Assembly: GCF_018350175.1 (NCBI RefSeq) | Contig: NC_058383.1 | Coordinates: 26,104,001-26,168,000, forward strand | Origin: Felis catus | Taxonomy: Eukaryota | DNA length: 64,000 nucleotides | Direction of reading: 5' to 3' | Shown: positions 50,480-64,000 of the stretch, piece by piece | Numbering within the stretch: the stretch's first letter is position 1 | How the letters are laid out: every line of letters begins with the position of its first letter | Program-made: the position numbers and the translations under genes | Notes under the pieces: generated by a model | What the model was told of the DNA's origin: nothing | What the model saw: the letters and a program-made list of their open reading frames with translations, nothing else | Databases searched by the model: none

Positions 50480-50901
50480 TTTTTAAAATGTTTACTTATT
50501 TTTGAGAGAGAGAGAGTGCATGCAAGTGGGGGAGGGGCAGAAAGAGAGGGAGACAGAGGATCGGAAGCAGGCTCTGGTGCAAAGCCCGATGCAGGGCTCA
50601 AACCCATGAGCCATGAGATCATAACCTGAACCAAAGTTGGATGCTTAATCAACTGAGCCACCCAGGCACCCTGAGTTATATCATTTAAAATAGTTTTTTA
50701 AAAATGTTTGTTTATTTTTGAGAGAGAGGCCCAGCACAAATGGGGGAGGGGCAGAGAGAGAGGGAGACACAGAATCCCAAGCAGGCTCCAGGCTCTGAGC
50801 TGTCAGCACAGAGCCTGACCCGGGGCTCGAATTCACGAACTGTGAGATTGTGACCTGAGTCGAAGTCGGATGCTTAACCGACTGAGCTATCCAGGTGCCC
50901 C
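50480..50901 (-). mobile_element. Tandem CAN-SINE pair in TMC7 intron 1
   Basis: Two antisense SINEs; shared target-like gagttatatcatttt sequence recurs near 50468, 50673 and 50905. Confidence 0.88.
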
Positions 50902-51554
50902 AGCGAGTTATATCATTTTTAAGAGCAGGGATTTTGGAATTGAACAGACCCAAGTTCAGACACTGATTTGCCTCGGTTTCCATGACTAGGAAGTGAAGGT
51001 TCTGATAGGAGTAAAGGCTGGAGGCCCACCTTCTCCCAGGATCTATAGACAGGATTGCCACTCTGAGCCAGCCCCTGGCTACCTCTCCTGACCCCTGCTC
51101 CTGTCCCACTCATGCCCCCAGGCCCCAGCCACCCATTGTTCCCTTCCAGTGTTCTTCTCCTCAGGTCTGAAGGTCATTGTTCTGTTCTGCCTGATCTCAG
51201 CTGAAATGTCACCTCCGAGGAGCAAAGACCCCCCTCTATCTCAAGTGCCCCCAGGAGGCATTTGCCCACTCCATACCCCTCAGTCCCATGACTCCTGGCA
51301 TGTGCTGTTTGTTGAGTGGAATGACTTGGTGTTTCCCCTTTGCCAAACATTTGCATATTCCAGTCAGTAAGCACTTCATACGACATCATCTTCAACCAGA
51401 ATGCATTCAGTGATTTATTTATTTTTTAAATTTTTATTTATTTATTCTCATTATTATTATTTCAGTGTTTGATTTTGAGAGAGAGAGAGAGGGAAAGGAG
51501 GAGAGGGACAGAGAGGAGAGAATCTTAAGCAGGCCCAGGTGCCCCATTCAGTGA

Positions 51555-52120
51555 CTTTTAAATTGAGGCATAATTCACATAACGAAATCAACTATTTGAA
51601 AGGGTCCAATCCAGTGGCATTTAGTACATTCATCACCTCTATCTAGTTGCATTGTCATCACTCCCAAAGGAAGCCCTGGGTCCATTAAGCTATCACTCCC
51701 TGATTCCCCCTTCACCCAGCCCCTGGCTGCCACCAGTCTGCATTCTCTCAGTGGGTTTACCTAGTTTAGACATTTCATAGAAATGGGATCATACAGTAGT
51801 GTGACCTTTTGTGACTCCCTTCTTTGCTTAGCGTAAACAATGTTTTCAAGGCTTATCCACATTATAGCCTGTATCCATTCTTCATTCCTTTTTATGGCTG
51901 AATATTATTCCATTGTATGGTTATACCACAGTTTGCTTATTCGTTCATCTGTTAATCCACATCTGGATTGTTTCCAGCTTTCAGCTCTTAGGAAAGATGC
52001 TGCTGTGAGCACTTGTGTACAAATGTTTGATTGAACATCTGTTTTCAGCTCTTTTGGGTAGGTGCTTAAGAGTGGAATTGCTGGCTCATGCGGTCATTCT
52101 GTGTTTAACCTTTTGAGGAT
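51555..52120 (-). mobile_element. LINE-1 (L1MB-like) 3' fragment
   Basis: ttcattcctttttatggctgaatattattccattgtatgg and agtggaattgctgg motifs. Confidence 0.82.
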
Positions 52121-55100
52121 TGGCCAACCTCTGGGACTCTTAACCCTCATGTGGGGGTTTGCTGTGACCATTACCCTTTTGTTCATCGGGGGTACCCAAG
52201 TGACTCAAGATGGCCTGATTGTCATTGTGTCATGGCCAGGCTTGCAACTTCTGTGATGGCTTCGGAGCCACTCACCCCTCCTCTGTCCTCCTCAAGAGGC
52301 ACTACTCCGGGAAGGGGCCCTCGAGGGCCCCGATGTTGTGACTATTTGCATTGACCCCATTTTCCAGAGGGTGGGACTTAGTCTGGGCCTTTGGAGCAGG
52401 AACACTTGGAAGGGTAAGGGGTAAAACTACACAGCCCCTTTAGACTCCTTCTGTGAGGGGGTGCTGGGACCCATTTTATTATTATTACTCTTATTGTCAT
52501 TATTATTATTATTTTGTTTTTAAGATAAAGAGAGTAGTAGTTTGTACCTGGCCCAGATACAAATCCCAACTTGGCCAGTTATACGGTGTGTGACCTTGAG
52601 CGAGTCCTGTTACCTCTCTGACATTCAGTTTTCTTACCCATAAAATGGGGATAATCAGACCCCTATTTGCTAGGGTCTCTGAGAGGATTTAATGAGATAA
52701 GCATGTTGAAGACTTGGGTGTTGAGCACTCAAATGGTAGCTGTTCCTATTATTATTAGTATTATTATTATTAATTATTAGGGGCTTCTGTAGCCTTAATC
52801 TTATATGGTTTGCTGATTTCATGTGCTGTGTACTTCTACTCTCTGGACTTAACGCTATTAGATAATTAAAGCAATTCTTTGGGTTGTTTCAGCCCAAGAG
52901 GTTGTATTAAGCTTGAAGACAAGTAACCATTCATCCTGCAATGTTTGTTGTCCTTACCTGCTAAGCCCATTCATCAGAGTCACTCGGCACCCTTGCTTAC
53001 ACATGTCCCAAGGGTCACTTGGGAGGGTGGTACCCTGAAAGGTACCCTGGGAGGGAGGGATCTTCTGCAGGACTGGACACAGCTGGAGACAGCACGCATC
53101 ACTTCAGGCCACACTAGTTCTCTGGTGAGCCAGCCGTCTGACCTTGAATTGTTTTTTCCCCTCTGTCTGAAAAGGCTGAGCTCTGCCCAGCAACTCAGGC
53201 CAGATGAGGCCCAAAGGCCCTCGGTGGCTTTTTTTTTTGTTTGTTTTTGTTTTTTTCAGGAAGTGAAGAATTTAGAGGGATAAAAGGGGGAAATGACTTC
53301 TCAGTGTTGTAACCATTGTTGCAATCTGGTTGCTTTTTAAAGGAGCTTTGTTTGAGTGTGGGACCACCCAGACCTTCAGTGGGGCTCCCCCCTCCTACCA
53401 GCAGGGAGAGGAGGAAGGGAACTGACCCTGACTCATGACCGTGTACCAGGCGTGGAACCTAGTGCTGAAAGAGGCAGGCCAGGGACATGCTTTTAAGAAG
53501 CTTCTAGTCAAGCGGCGGACACACTCACTGAACAGGTAAAGAGGGAAATAGGGTAGTTACAGCTAAGTGTAGTTGCTGAGAAGGAAGTAAACAGGTGATG
53601 AGCTGGAGAGGGGAAAGGCCTGCTTAGCTGAGGTGGTCAGAGAGGTCTCTCTGAGCCGTGGACTTGTGGACGGAGGCCGGAGGGTGTAACAGAACAGCCA
53701 TAGGGAGTGCAGGTGGAAAGAGCGTCCAGAAGGGCAATACAGTGAGAGCACAGGGTGGAGGTGGCAGTGATGTTGGTGTCTTTGGGGAGGCCTCAGGCTG
53801 GAGCCGACAGGAGGAGGAGAGGGGACGAGGTCAGGTGAGCAGGAACCCGTTCCTCATACGGTAGGCCCTGGTCAGCAGTGTGACTTTGGGCTCAAGTGGG
53901 TAACTTTCTCGAATTACAGCAATTCCCGAGGTGTTATTTGCCCATTTGACCCCTAAGGAAACTGAGACTCTGGGAAGTTACTTGACAAAGTACTGAAACA
54001 GAAGGACATTAATGTTGTGACTGTAGAGCCAGCATGTCTGCGTGTTTATTAGACAAATGTTTGTTTGATTTGAGATGTGCTAGGCCCCATGTCAATCTCC
54101 AGGGATGTAAGAGTGAATAAGACCCGTGGAGGTCTTTGCCCTCAAGGTTCAGACTTCAGCTCAACCTTGGGCAGAGTTCTCTGAGCTTTCCTTACTGCAG
54201 AATGAAGGCACATGTAAGAAGGACCCAGGGATGAAGTAATTGTAAGGATGACAGGAGCTAGGTATATAAAGGGCTTGGCATAATCATGGTGCATGGTAAA
54301 TGCTCGGTAAAGGCTAGTTTCTGTTGTTGCTTCCAGGAATGTTGGAATTCTTTGGAGAAATCTTGGCCAAGGAAGGTAGACACTCCACAGAAGGAGTAGC
54401 TCGGTCCATAGCGAGATCCCTCACAGCACGTATTAAATCTCCCTGTACATTGAGTTCATTACTAAATGACCGGATATAAAGCACAATGTGCTGGGCACTG
54501 CTCTAAGCCAAGGGTCTGCAAACTACAACCCACGGGCCAAATCCAGCCTGCCACCTATTTTTATAAATCAAGTTTTATTAGAACACAATCATGCCCATTC
54601 ATTTATGGATTATAGCTGCTTTTCTACAGCAACAGCAGAGTTGAGGAGTTGTGACAGAGACTGGGTGGTAAATAGTGGTAAATAGTAAGTTTGCTGACGT
54701 CTCTTCTAAGCATATAATAGCCATCTAATCCTCAAGATGGTCATGCCAGGTGGATCCCCATTTTACAGGTGGAAAACTAAGGCATGGAATGGTCAACAAA
54801 GTAGCAAGTGGACCTTGTATTTGACTCCGGGCAGTGGGCTTTGGAGGCTGTGCTCTTAACCACTATGTCTGTGGTCCACTCAGGCAGACAGAATCCCAGT
54901 GATTGCCCACGTATAGCCCACCGGATGCTCCGCCCACTTGAAAACCAGGAGACTTGGGTTCAGGACCCAGAGTGGCTCTGATTGCCTAGTTAGTCACTCC
55001 TCTTGAAGGCTGTTTGCTCATCTGGTCGTAAAGCCTTGCACCCAGCCAGTCCCTAGGCCCCACCCAGGTGCCAGGCGGTGTGACTCATACAGGTCCTCCT

Positions 55101-58100
55101 AGCCTGGCAGTTGTGAAGTCTGGCAGATGGGGGAGGCTCCCAAGGCCCGGGATCTTCCCTTCTCAGACCAGGCTCTGGCCTCCTAAGAACGAGGCCCCTC
55201 TACATTGTCCAGTACGTCGCTACTAGCCACGTGGGGCTATGCAAATATAAATTTAATAAAGTTTGCTAAAACTAAAAATTCATTTCCTGACTCTCACCAG
55301 CCCCATTTCAACTGGTCAGTAGCCACATGGACTGGGCAGTGCGGACATAGAACATGTCTGTCATTGCAGGACAGTGCATTTCGACATTTGATGCCCTGGG
55401 ATAGGACATAGCCATGCCAACCTATGCAGCTCATGGACAGAAATAGCCACAGGGCTGGCCAGAGAGATCTTGTTAAATCAGAGTCAGAATATGTCATTCT
55501 GCTGCGCCAAACCCCTCATGGCTCCCACCTACTCGACTGAAAGCCAAAGTCCTCACCATGGCTCACAGACCCTGTCTGGTCTGGCCTGTCTCTCCCCTTG
55601 AACTCTTACCTCATCACTCTCTCTGCTGACTCTCCTTCAGCCATAGTGGCCTCCCTCCTGTTCCTTGAACTGAGTGGGCACGGTCCTGCCTCTGGGCCTT
55701 TGCACTTGCCCTTCTCTCTGCCTTGGATGCTCTTCTCCCCAGTAACCATGTGGCTCTTATCCCCACCCTCCACCTTCCTGCTGGCTTTGCTCCAACCCAT
55801 CTCTGCTTTACTTTTCTCCACACAGTCAGCCTCTGAAATATATTACTTTTTTTTTCTTAACCTGAGCCGAAGTCAGACATTTAACCGACTGAGCCGCCCA
55901 GGTACCCCTGAAATATATTGTTCTTAACTTGCTTACTGTTGGTCTCCTCTGGCTTGCCCATAAGGGCAAGAGAATTTGTATGTCATATGCAAGGCTATGT
56001 CCCAGTCTTAGAGCAGTGCTTGGCTGGCACATAGCAGTTGCTCAGTAAATGTTTTTGAGTGACTGAGGGAATGAGTGAGTGAATGATGGATGGACAGGCA
56101 GGTGGGTGGCCTTTCCAGGAGTAAGACAGTGATGAGACCCTGGCCTTGGAGCACTTGGGGGAGCTGTCATAGCATCTTCCACTAGATCCCCTGGGTTGTG
56201 AGCCCTTGTGTTAAGGTTAGGGTTAGGGTTAGCTGTGAGCATATATTACTCAGTTAGCATTCAAAATAAAAACAATGTCAAAGAATATGAGTGGAAAGAG
56301 GTCCCCAAAATTCTGAAATCAGTGCCTACATTGCCTCGTTGGTAATATGAGACCAGATGTGCATGAGCCATTTGATCATTTCTTGAGAAATGACAGCAAA
56401 GCATGCTTCTAACAGGGCTCATTTGTGTGAAGTACCTAAATAGGAATAATATTCAGTCAACATCTCAATCATTATTTTTTGACGGCTTATTTTTTCTCCT
56501 TAAAATTTTTTTTTCACTTATGGAAAAAATATATTATCTGTATAGAGAAGAATAATGCTTATGTTCCTTAAACCCTTTTCTCACTTTTTAGTGTCCCTGC
56601 TTTGCTGGTGTGCTGAACACATGCTTTGGTCTGCCTGGTGGGTTAGCTAATGTTGCCTGTATCCCAAACACCAAATTCATTCATTCATTCATTCATTCAG
56701 TTAGTTAGTCAGTCAGCAGGTGTTTATTGAACAGTCACCATGAGTCAGGTTCTATGCTGGACCCTGGGGACTTGGCAGTGGAGGAGAGAGATGGGGCCCC
56801 TACCCTCATGGAGGTTACAGTCTTAATGGGGGAGGAAAGGGGTGAGACACTAGGTGCAAGTAAACAGTGAGGAGGGTAGAATTAGGGATGAGGGGTGCCT
56901 GGGTGGCCCAGTTGGTTAAGCATCTGACTCTTGATTTCAGCTCGGGTCATGAGCTCACAGTTCTTGAGTTCAAGCCCCACATTGGGCTCTGCTGACAGCT
57001 CAGAGCCTGGAACCTGCTTGGGACTCTCTCTCTCCCTCTCTCTCTGTCCCTCCCCTGCTCATGTGCACTGTCTCTCTCTAAATAAGTAAACTTCAAAAAT
57101 TTTTAAAGTGCAGTGGGGTTGAAGGAGTGAGTGAAAGCTCACTGAGGCAGGAAGCAAGTCTGCAAACCCTCCTCCCCTCCAGAGTCCCTGCCTCAGAGTC
57201 TCGTGCAGAGAGGGGCTCCATACAGTTTGTCAAACAGAACTCATTCCCCCGGCAGCTGGCGAGAGGCCTGGACCAGATGACCCAGAAGGTCCCTTCTTGC
57301 CTGGAGTTTCTACGATTCTGTGAGTGGGAAGAAAAACCCTGAAGTGAACCCAGCACCAAATACGGCTGGGCTAGATTCTTGGCAAGCATGAGAGGGACTC
57401 TGGTGGTGGTTTGAGTGCCATTTAGATCACAGTTGGCCTGTGCCCACGTCCTGACAGTGTTCATGCTTATGGGTAGGATTTCGTGGCCTGTGGAAAAAGC
57501 CGCTAAGGAAGTTGGACCTAAGGATGCTCTTCAGGTGTACCTGCCTCTCCGCATTCATTCATTCATTCATTCATCCATCCTTCAGATGGAGGGCTGTCCC
57601 TCAGCAAGACACTGCTCTAAGTCTCAGAGAGAGTAACTTGGGCCTTAACCTGGAAGGATACCAGAAAACAGAAAAAGTACTTAATGGCCGCCCCGGCCCC
57701 CACATTCTCTGTAATTACCCAGTCATCCTCCCACCTAAATAATAATCTAAATGCCCAAATCCAGCTCCAATGGCCAATGGGTTCTAGACATTCCTAGATG
57801 GAGGCACCCCAATGTCTTAAGTATGCTCCTGCCTCCCATGCAAATAAATGGCTAACAGGCAGCCCACACACCACCCACAGGACTTAATTGTCCATGCTGA
57901 CGATAACTTTCAGCTGGACCAATTCAGGAGCACATCTGACAATAACTATCATGAGACATTCTTACTCTCTAAGGATGAGAAAAGCAAGTCTCTGCGAGAT
58001 GATACAACCTGTCTTTCTAAGAAGGTAAAACCAGGAGTCTGTCTGGACAGCAAAGCCTCGGGCAAGCCGCCATTTCTCTGGGCCCCAGTTTCCTTGTTGA

Positions 58101-58444
58101 AAAGCCAGGGCAGGGACGCCTCTGTCTACCGCTCCAGGTTGGCGTGAGAAATCCGGTGATGTCATGCTCTGACCAATGTGTGGTCGTATGAAAATGGAAG
58201 GAGATGGATCGTAGTGTTAAAAACAATGATGCCTGTGTTCAAAGGGTTGCTTGTAATTATTTGTTTTCTTGATTTGAAGATGAAGCACTTCCCGAGAATG
58301 TCTGAAGAGGAAGAGTCGTTCCTCTTTGATAACGGCCATTTGAAAATAGAGTTTTCCACCAGGGACTGTTGTTATGAAATATGAATAGGAGTATGTGGAA
58401 AAGCAATTAAATAATTTGTATTTTAGTGTTTATGAAGCACTTTC

Positions 58445-58704
58445 TTAAAAAAATTTTTTTTTTCATTTTTTTTTCAACGTTTTTTATTTATTTTGGGGAC
58501 AGAGAGAGACAGAGCATGAATGGGGGAGGGGCAGAGAGAGAGGGAGACACAGAATCGGAAACAGGCTCCAGGATCCGAGCCATCAGCCCAGAGCCTGACG
58601 CGGGGCTCAAACTCACGGACCCTGAGATCGTGACCTGGCTGAAGTCGGACGCTTAACCGATTGCGCCACCCAGGCGCCCCCTTAAAAATTTTTTAATGCT
58701 TATT

Positions 58705-58748
<44 letters not shown>

Positions 58749-58913
58749 CAAGCAGCAGAGGGACAGAGAGAGAGGGAGACACAGAATCCAAAGCAGGCTC
58801 CAGGCACCAAGCTGTCAGCAGAGAGCCCTACGCTGGGCTTGAACTTGCAAACCGCAAGATCATGACCTGAGCCGAAGTCGGACCCTTAACTGACTGAGCC
58901 ACCCAGGTGCCCC
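58445..58913 (-). mobile_element. Nested CAN-SINEs (young copy 58450-58680 in the tail of an older copy)
   Basis: Outer TSD atgaagcactttc at 58432-58444 and 58914-58926. Confidence 0.92.
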
Positions 58914-61499
58914 ATGAAGCACTTTCAAATCCATGGCCCATTGAGTCATTTCATGGTGAAGACTACAGCTTTGGCATTTGGCAAACCTGTGATAGGTTCC
59001 TGATTCCAACACTTACTAGCTGTGTGAGTGGGCAAGGCGCTTAACCTCTCCAAACCTCAGTTTCTTCATCTGTAAAAGGGGATGATTCTATTCAAAGAGT
59101 AGTTTAGAGTATTTAGTGTGGTGATGTATACAGAGCACCTCAAATAGCCTGGCACAAGGTAAGTGCTCAGTAATCCTAGCTAATATTATTTGCGTTGTTT
59201 ATAATGCCATCCTCAAGATCTCGCTGATGAGGTCCATGGTATTATGTGCCCCGTTCCTGAGAAGAGAAACATGTGACTCACAGACAGTCATCGTCTTGCC
59301 TGGGGTGGCCTGGCTGGTGGGTGACAAAGCCAACCCAGGCTCTAGCTCCAGCCCGTGGTCCCTGACCTCACAGTTGCTGAATATTCGACTGGTTGATGCT
59401 GCTTCATATTCAAAGACCTTTGTTTGTGGTAATAAGAGTTCTTTGTTGGTGGCCAGAAGGAGTGGCCTCCAGCCAGGGCTCTGACCCTTTAGCCTCCAGG
59501 CACACTGCGCCCCCCCTACCCCCACTGCACTCCCCACATTTGCTTTAGGAACTGCTGTTACTAATGGAAGTGTGTCATTTCCTCAGGGTGTGTTGGAGCA
59601 GGGAAATGCAAGGTTGAGTGAGATTCACAGGCTTGCACTTGGCAGCTGGCAGGGCTCCAGGCGCGTGTCTGTGTGTCATCTGCAGTGGGACAGCTGTTCC
59701 GTTGTGCCTGAACGTGCTTATCAGAGAGGCAAACATTACAGATCTGCACCGTCAGACTCCAACTCAGACAGCCCGGCCTTGGCTGGTCCCCCCCTCCCCA
59801 GCACCCCCTCCTCGTAATAGCTGTAAGTACATTTTATGGAGCCACTGTGTGCCAGGCGCTAAGTGTTTCTCCCTATGCGATTGCCTTTAACGCGCATAAG
59901 CCGGCCCCTGTGGTGGGTCCCATCCTTAGCTCTGCAGCCCCCAGAGGGATCCTCTAAAATGTGGTCAGATCGGGACATGTTTCGCCTCTGAGCCCTCAGT
60001 GGCTTCCTGTCTGCCACATCCAAGGGGCATTCCTGACCCATAGAGTCTCACTCGGTGTGGCCCCAGCCACCTCTCTGACCTCCACTTTTCCATGCTCCCT
60101 GTCCCAGTTACCTATTGTTGCTAACAGACTACTCCGAACGTGATGGCTTAGGCCATTTGATGGTTTCTGCTGATTCTGTGCATCAGGAAATCAGCAGGGC
60201 ATGGAAGAGATGTTTTGCTCGGCCGCATGTCATGTCTGTTGGGTCTGGAGCGTCCAGGTAGTCCCTTCCTGCCCCTGGTGGTGCTAAAAGTGAGGGTGAC
60301 CCAAGGGCTGGGGGCAGCTACAGCAGCTGCTGGGGTCAGAGCTGGGGTCTCTGGTTCTCACTGTCTGCTGGTTCCTCGCTTCTCTTCCTTGGACACCCGG
60401 GGCCTCTTCCTCTCCACTTGCCAACTTTCTACACGACAGCCTCGGCGTCCCAACAGCACAAAAGCGGACGCCTCTAGGCCTTTCAAGGATTGGGGCTACA
60501 GATGGCAGAGAAACACTTCTGTTGCGACCTTTGGTTAAAGCAAGTCACAGATCCAGTCCCGATTCAAGGGGAGGGGACCGCAGAGGGGCTGGTGTGGTTC
60601 ATCACAGGTCAGCAACACCAGAACCTATCACTGCCTGTTCATTCATTCCTTTCCTGCCACACAGGCCTCTGTGCCCTTCCTCAAGCATGCCGCACACACC
60701 CCAGCCTTGGGGCCGTTGCGTTTGCTGTTTCCCTCCCCTTGGATTCCCTTCCCCAAATATACACAGGGATCAGGTCCTCTATTCAACCTCGGCTTAAATG
60801 CTACTTTAATACCAAGATCATACCCTACCTACCTTATCAGAAACGGTGCCTTCCTTCCACATGTCACCTGTCTCCTTACCCCCCTCTGGTTTTGTTTTTG
60901 CACTTTTCACCTCCTGGTGTATTTATCACCTACTTAATGTCTAATCTTCCCCTGTCCCCACCCCAGAATATAAGTGCCATGTGAGTAGGCCGTTTGCTTT
61001 GTTCACCGCAGTGTCCCTAGCTCTAGATCTGACCCTTGGTAGCCACATTTGGTGAATGAATGAGTATTTGAGATGAGGAGAGTGAAGTTCAGAGAGGTTA
61101 AGTAACTTTCCCAAAGACACACACACTAATGTTTGATAGAGCTAAGATTCAAATCCAGGCTTAATCCTTGAAGCCTTAGAAGTTTCACCACCTGTAGGGG
61201 TAATTGCTGCTTAGGTAATTATGGCTGTTTCCTATTTCCTCTCCCTGTTTCCTGTCTCCACTCAAGGTGGTTTTCCCACAACTAAAATTGGATCAGGCAT
61301 AAACCCATCTTGAAGGGGGCATCCTCACCTTCCGCAGGAGGCCCTCCTTTCTTAGACCGCTGCACAAGGCACAGCAAAATTTGGCCTCCAGCTATAGCCT
61401 GGTGTGGTAGAGCAAATAATGGATTTTTGAGTCAGGCAGACCTCATTCTGTTGCCAGCGCCCCCACTCATTAGGCTAAGCATGGGCAAATTAGGAATGT

Positions 61500-61551
61500 C
61501 ATCCATCCACCCATCCATCCATCCATCCATCCATCCACCCATCCATCCACC
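61500..61551. repeat. (CATC)n microsatellite at an L2 tail
   Basis: Direct reading. Confidence 0.9.
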
Positions 61552-62748
61552 TAATGAGTCTTTATTGAATTCCTCTCTGAGTCAGGGATGGTGCTAGGTT
61601 CCAGGGTGCATTGGTGAAGACATCATCACCGCCCCAGCCTTCCGAGAACTTCCAGTCCACTGGAAGGGAAAGATGTGCTCACACAGTCACACAAATAAAT
61701 TTATTTACAAATACTCTACTTATTTACTTATTGTGATAAGTACTGTAAAGGACTTAGTGTATGTGTAGGGGGGAATGGCACCTGTAATAGTGCAGTGGGG
61801 CAGGGGCGGTTTCCCTGAGTAAGTGACGTTTGAGTGGGAGCTAATGGGATAAATAGATGTGGCAAGTTCATTCCAGGCAGAGGGAACAGCATATGCAAAG
61901 GTTCTGAGGAGGAGGGAGCAGGGCCCATCTTAGTGTCTGAAAGATCCTAAGAAATGTGTGGTCGGAGGGCAGAGAGCCTGAGGAACTGGAGACACAGATG
62001 GGAATCCAACCAGGCAGGGCTTTGAGGGGCCTGGGCATGGGGTTGGGGAACCCGTCAGCTTTATTTTTTCATCTGTAAAATGGGAATGGCAACAGTACCT
62101 CCCTCAGTCTGAGTGAGCAGCTGTGGCCAGCTGGGTGACAGCGAGGTGTGGCGAATCTGGGATGGTCTCAGCTGGGTTGATCATCCTCTGCTGCAATGGT
62201 CTCATCCTCCAGTGGGTTAGCATTGGGCTTGTTCACAAGGCAACAGCTGGGAGCCAGAGAGCAGCAGAAGCCAGCGAGGCTTAGGAAGGGGCACAGCATC
62301 ACTTCTGCTGCATCCTCTTGGTCCGAGCAGATCACAAGGCCGACCCAGATCCATGAGTGCGTGTGAAACTCTCCACACAGTGCCTGGTGCACAGGAAATG
62401 CTCTGTAAATGCGATTATTATTGTTGTTGCTATTGATGTTATCATCGTGCATTTGCATAGTGCTTTATACTTTTCAAAGTTTTGTCCTATACATCATTAT
62501 AGCCTACACTGTGTGAAGAGAGTTGGGGCAAATGGTACCAGCCCCATTTGACAAATGTGGAAGAGTTCACATAACTGTCTCAGGTCACACATTTAGCTGG
62601 TGGCTGCAGCCAAACACTAGAACTCAGATATCATGTAACCTAACGCATATTTGCACACACATCTGCTGAAAGTGAACCCATTTGTGGATGATGTCGTCAT
62701 CCCGAGCACCGTCCTGGTAAACAGAATAATTTAGATACAAATGTTTTA

Positions 62749-62983
62749 GGGGCGCCTGGGTGGTTCAGTCAATTGGGCATCCGACTTCAGCGCAGGTCAT
62801 GATCTCACAGCCTGTGAGTTCAGGCTCCACGTCGGGCTCTGTGCTGACAGCTCGAGCCTGGAGCGCGCTTCAGATTCTGTGTCTCCCTGTCTCTCTGCCC
62901 CTCCCCCACTCATGCTCTGTCTCACTCTGTCTCTCAAAAATAAATAAATGTTAAAAAAAATTTTTTTAATACATTAAAAAAAA
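62749..62983 (+). mobile_element. CAN-SINE about 150 bp upstream of TMC7 exon 2
   Basis: TSD agatacaaatgtttt on both sides. Confidence 0.9.
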
Positions 62984-63134
62984 AGATACAAATGTTTTTG
63001 TCTGTGGCACAGGCTAGTGACCATCTGCTAGGTTTGTGTATGGCCTCTGAGACTCAAGTTCTCCTATGCAAGTTTTGTGTTTTTGGCTCCCAGTCTCAGT
63101 GGGGTCACTGATGATTCTCTTTTTTCTTGCTCAG

Positions 63135-63378
63135 AGAACCTCTCGTTGGACTCCAGTTGCTTTTCCTCTCCACCTGTGAATTTCCTTCAAGAATTGCCAA
63201 GCTATCGGTCCATTGCACGCAAGAGGACGACCATTCCTACCCGAGAGAAGCAAAGTGGCACTTTGCTAAAGCCGACAGACTCTTACAGCTCCCAGTTGGA
63301 GGGAGGAATCACTGAAAACCTCAATAGCCAATCGATTCGGAAGTATGCACTGAACATCTCTGAGAAGCGGAGGCTAAG
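63135..63378 (+). CDS. TMC7: TMC7 exon 2 (244 bp)
   Basis: Polypyrimidine tract plus cag|AG completes G+AG (Glu). Encodes [28 protein letters not shown]...[12 protein letters not shown], matching recalled TMC7. Donor AG|gtttgt at 63378/63379. Confidence 0.96.
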
Positions 63379-63584
63379 GTTTGTTCAGTAGCCATCTGGA
63401 AGGCATTTGATGTATGTTTTAGGCACGGTGTGTTGTATGCATGGAATGCATTTCCTGAAGAGTTCACGTAATTAGAAATGTATTACTTAAGGTAATCCAC
63501 ACCGCAGTGACAAAGTTACCCGAACATGTAATAACTCAACATATTAGAAATTTCTTTCTTTTTTTTTTTAATGTTTTATTTATT

Positions 63585-63626
<42 letters not shown>

Positions 63627-64000
63627 CACAAGAAGCAGGTCGGGGAGGGGCGCAGAGAACAGAGGATCAAAACAGGCTCTGTACTGACAGCACAGAGCCA
63701 CATGCAGGGCTGGAACTCACAAATGGTGAGATCGTGACCTGAGCTGCTGAGCTGAAGTCAGACACTCAATCAGCTGAGTCACCCAGGCGCCTCTAGAAGT
63801 TTATTTCTTGTTCACATAAAAGTCCTGGGTTCAGATCAAAGGGGAACTTTGTAGTCATTCAGGGACCCAGGCTCCCTCCGTCTTGTAGCTCTGCAGACCC
63901 CCAAAGCCTCATCATCTGTAGTTACTCCTCTCTGTTTCCCCTCCCCTCAGCTACTAATCTACTCTTTGTCTTTAGATTTGCCATTCTGGACATTTCATAT

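Noticed and set aside
56211..56232. TTAGGG-like run
   Set aside because: Only two perfect units; too short to call an interstitial telomeric sequence.
57848..58384. Unique-looking ORF-bearing stretch in TMC7 intron 1
   Set aside because: Exons 1 and 2 already join in frame; no recognisable homology or convincing splice-site pair.

Overview
Mammalian (felid) genomic DNA. About 55 tRNA-derived CAN-SINEs (counted by eye), including the young Felidae-type subfamily, point to cat or a close relative. The window holds the 5' ends of two transmembrane channel-like paralogues arranged head-to-head. TMC5 is on the minus strand: coding exons 4285-3384 and 1152-986, probable non-coding exons near 15.1-14.9 kb, and a CpG-island promoter at about 24.2-25.1 kb. 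TMC7 is on the plus strand: CpG-island promoter at about 46.9-47.5 kb, coding exons 47212-47278 and 63135-63378. Both genes continue beyond the window. The roughly 22 kb between the promoters has a candidate regulatory cluster (CLEAR/E-box, tandem ARE/MARE, CTCF) and a dense pile-up of about seven ERV LTRs at 33.4-40.7 kb, including a young gammaretroviral solo LTR with an intact 4-bp TSD. The rest is SINE, L1, L2, MIR, MER and MLT sequence plus microsatellites. I see no convincing wholly new biological system. The most interesting items are the TMC5 repeat exon, its uORF/hairpin, a possible SINE-driven circRNA, the LTR cluster and the intergenic regulatory motifs. Orthologue comparisons and repeat family names are from memory, not from searches.
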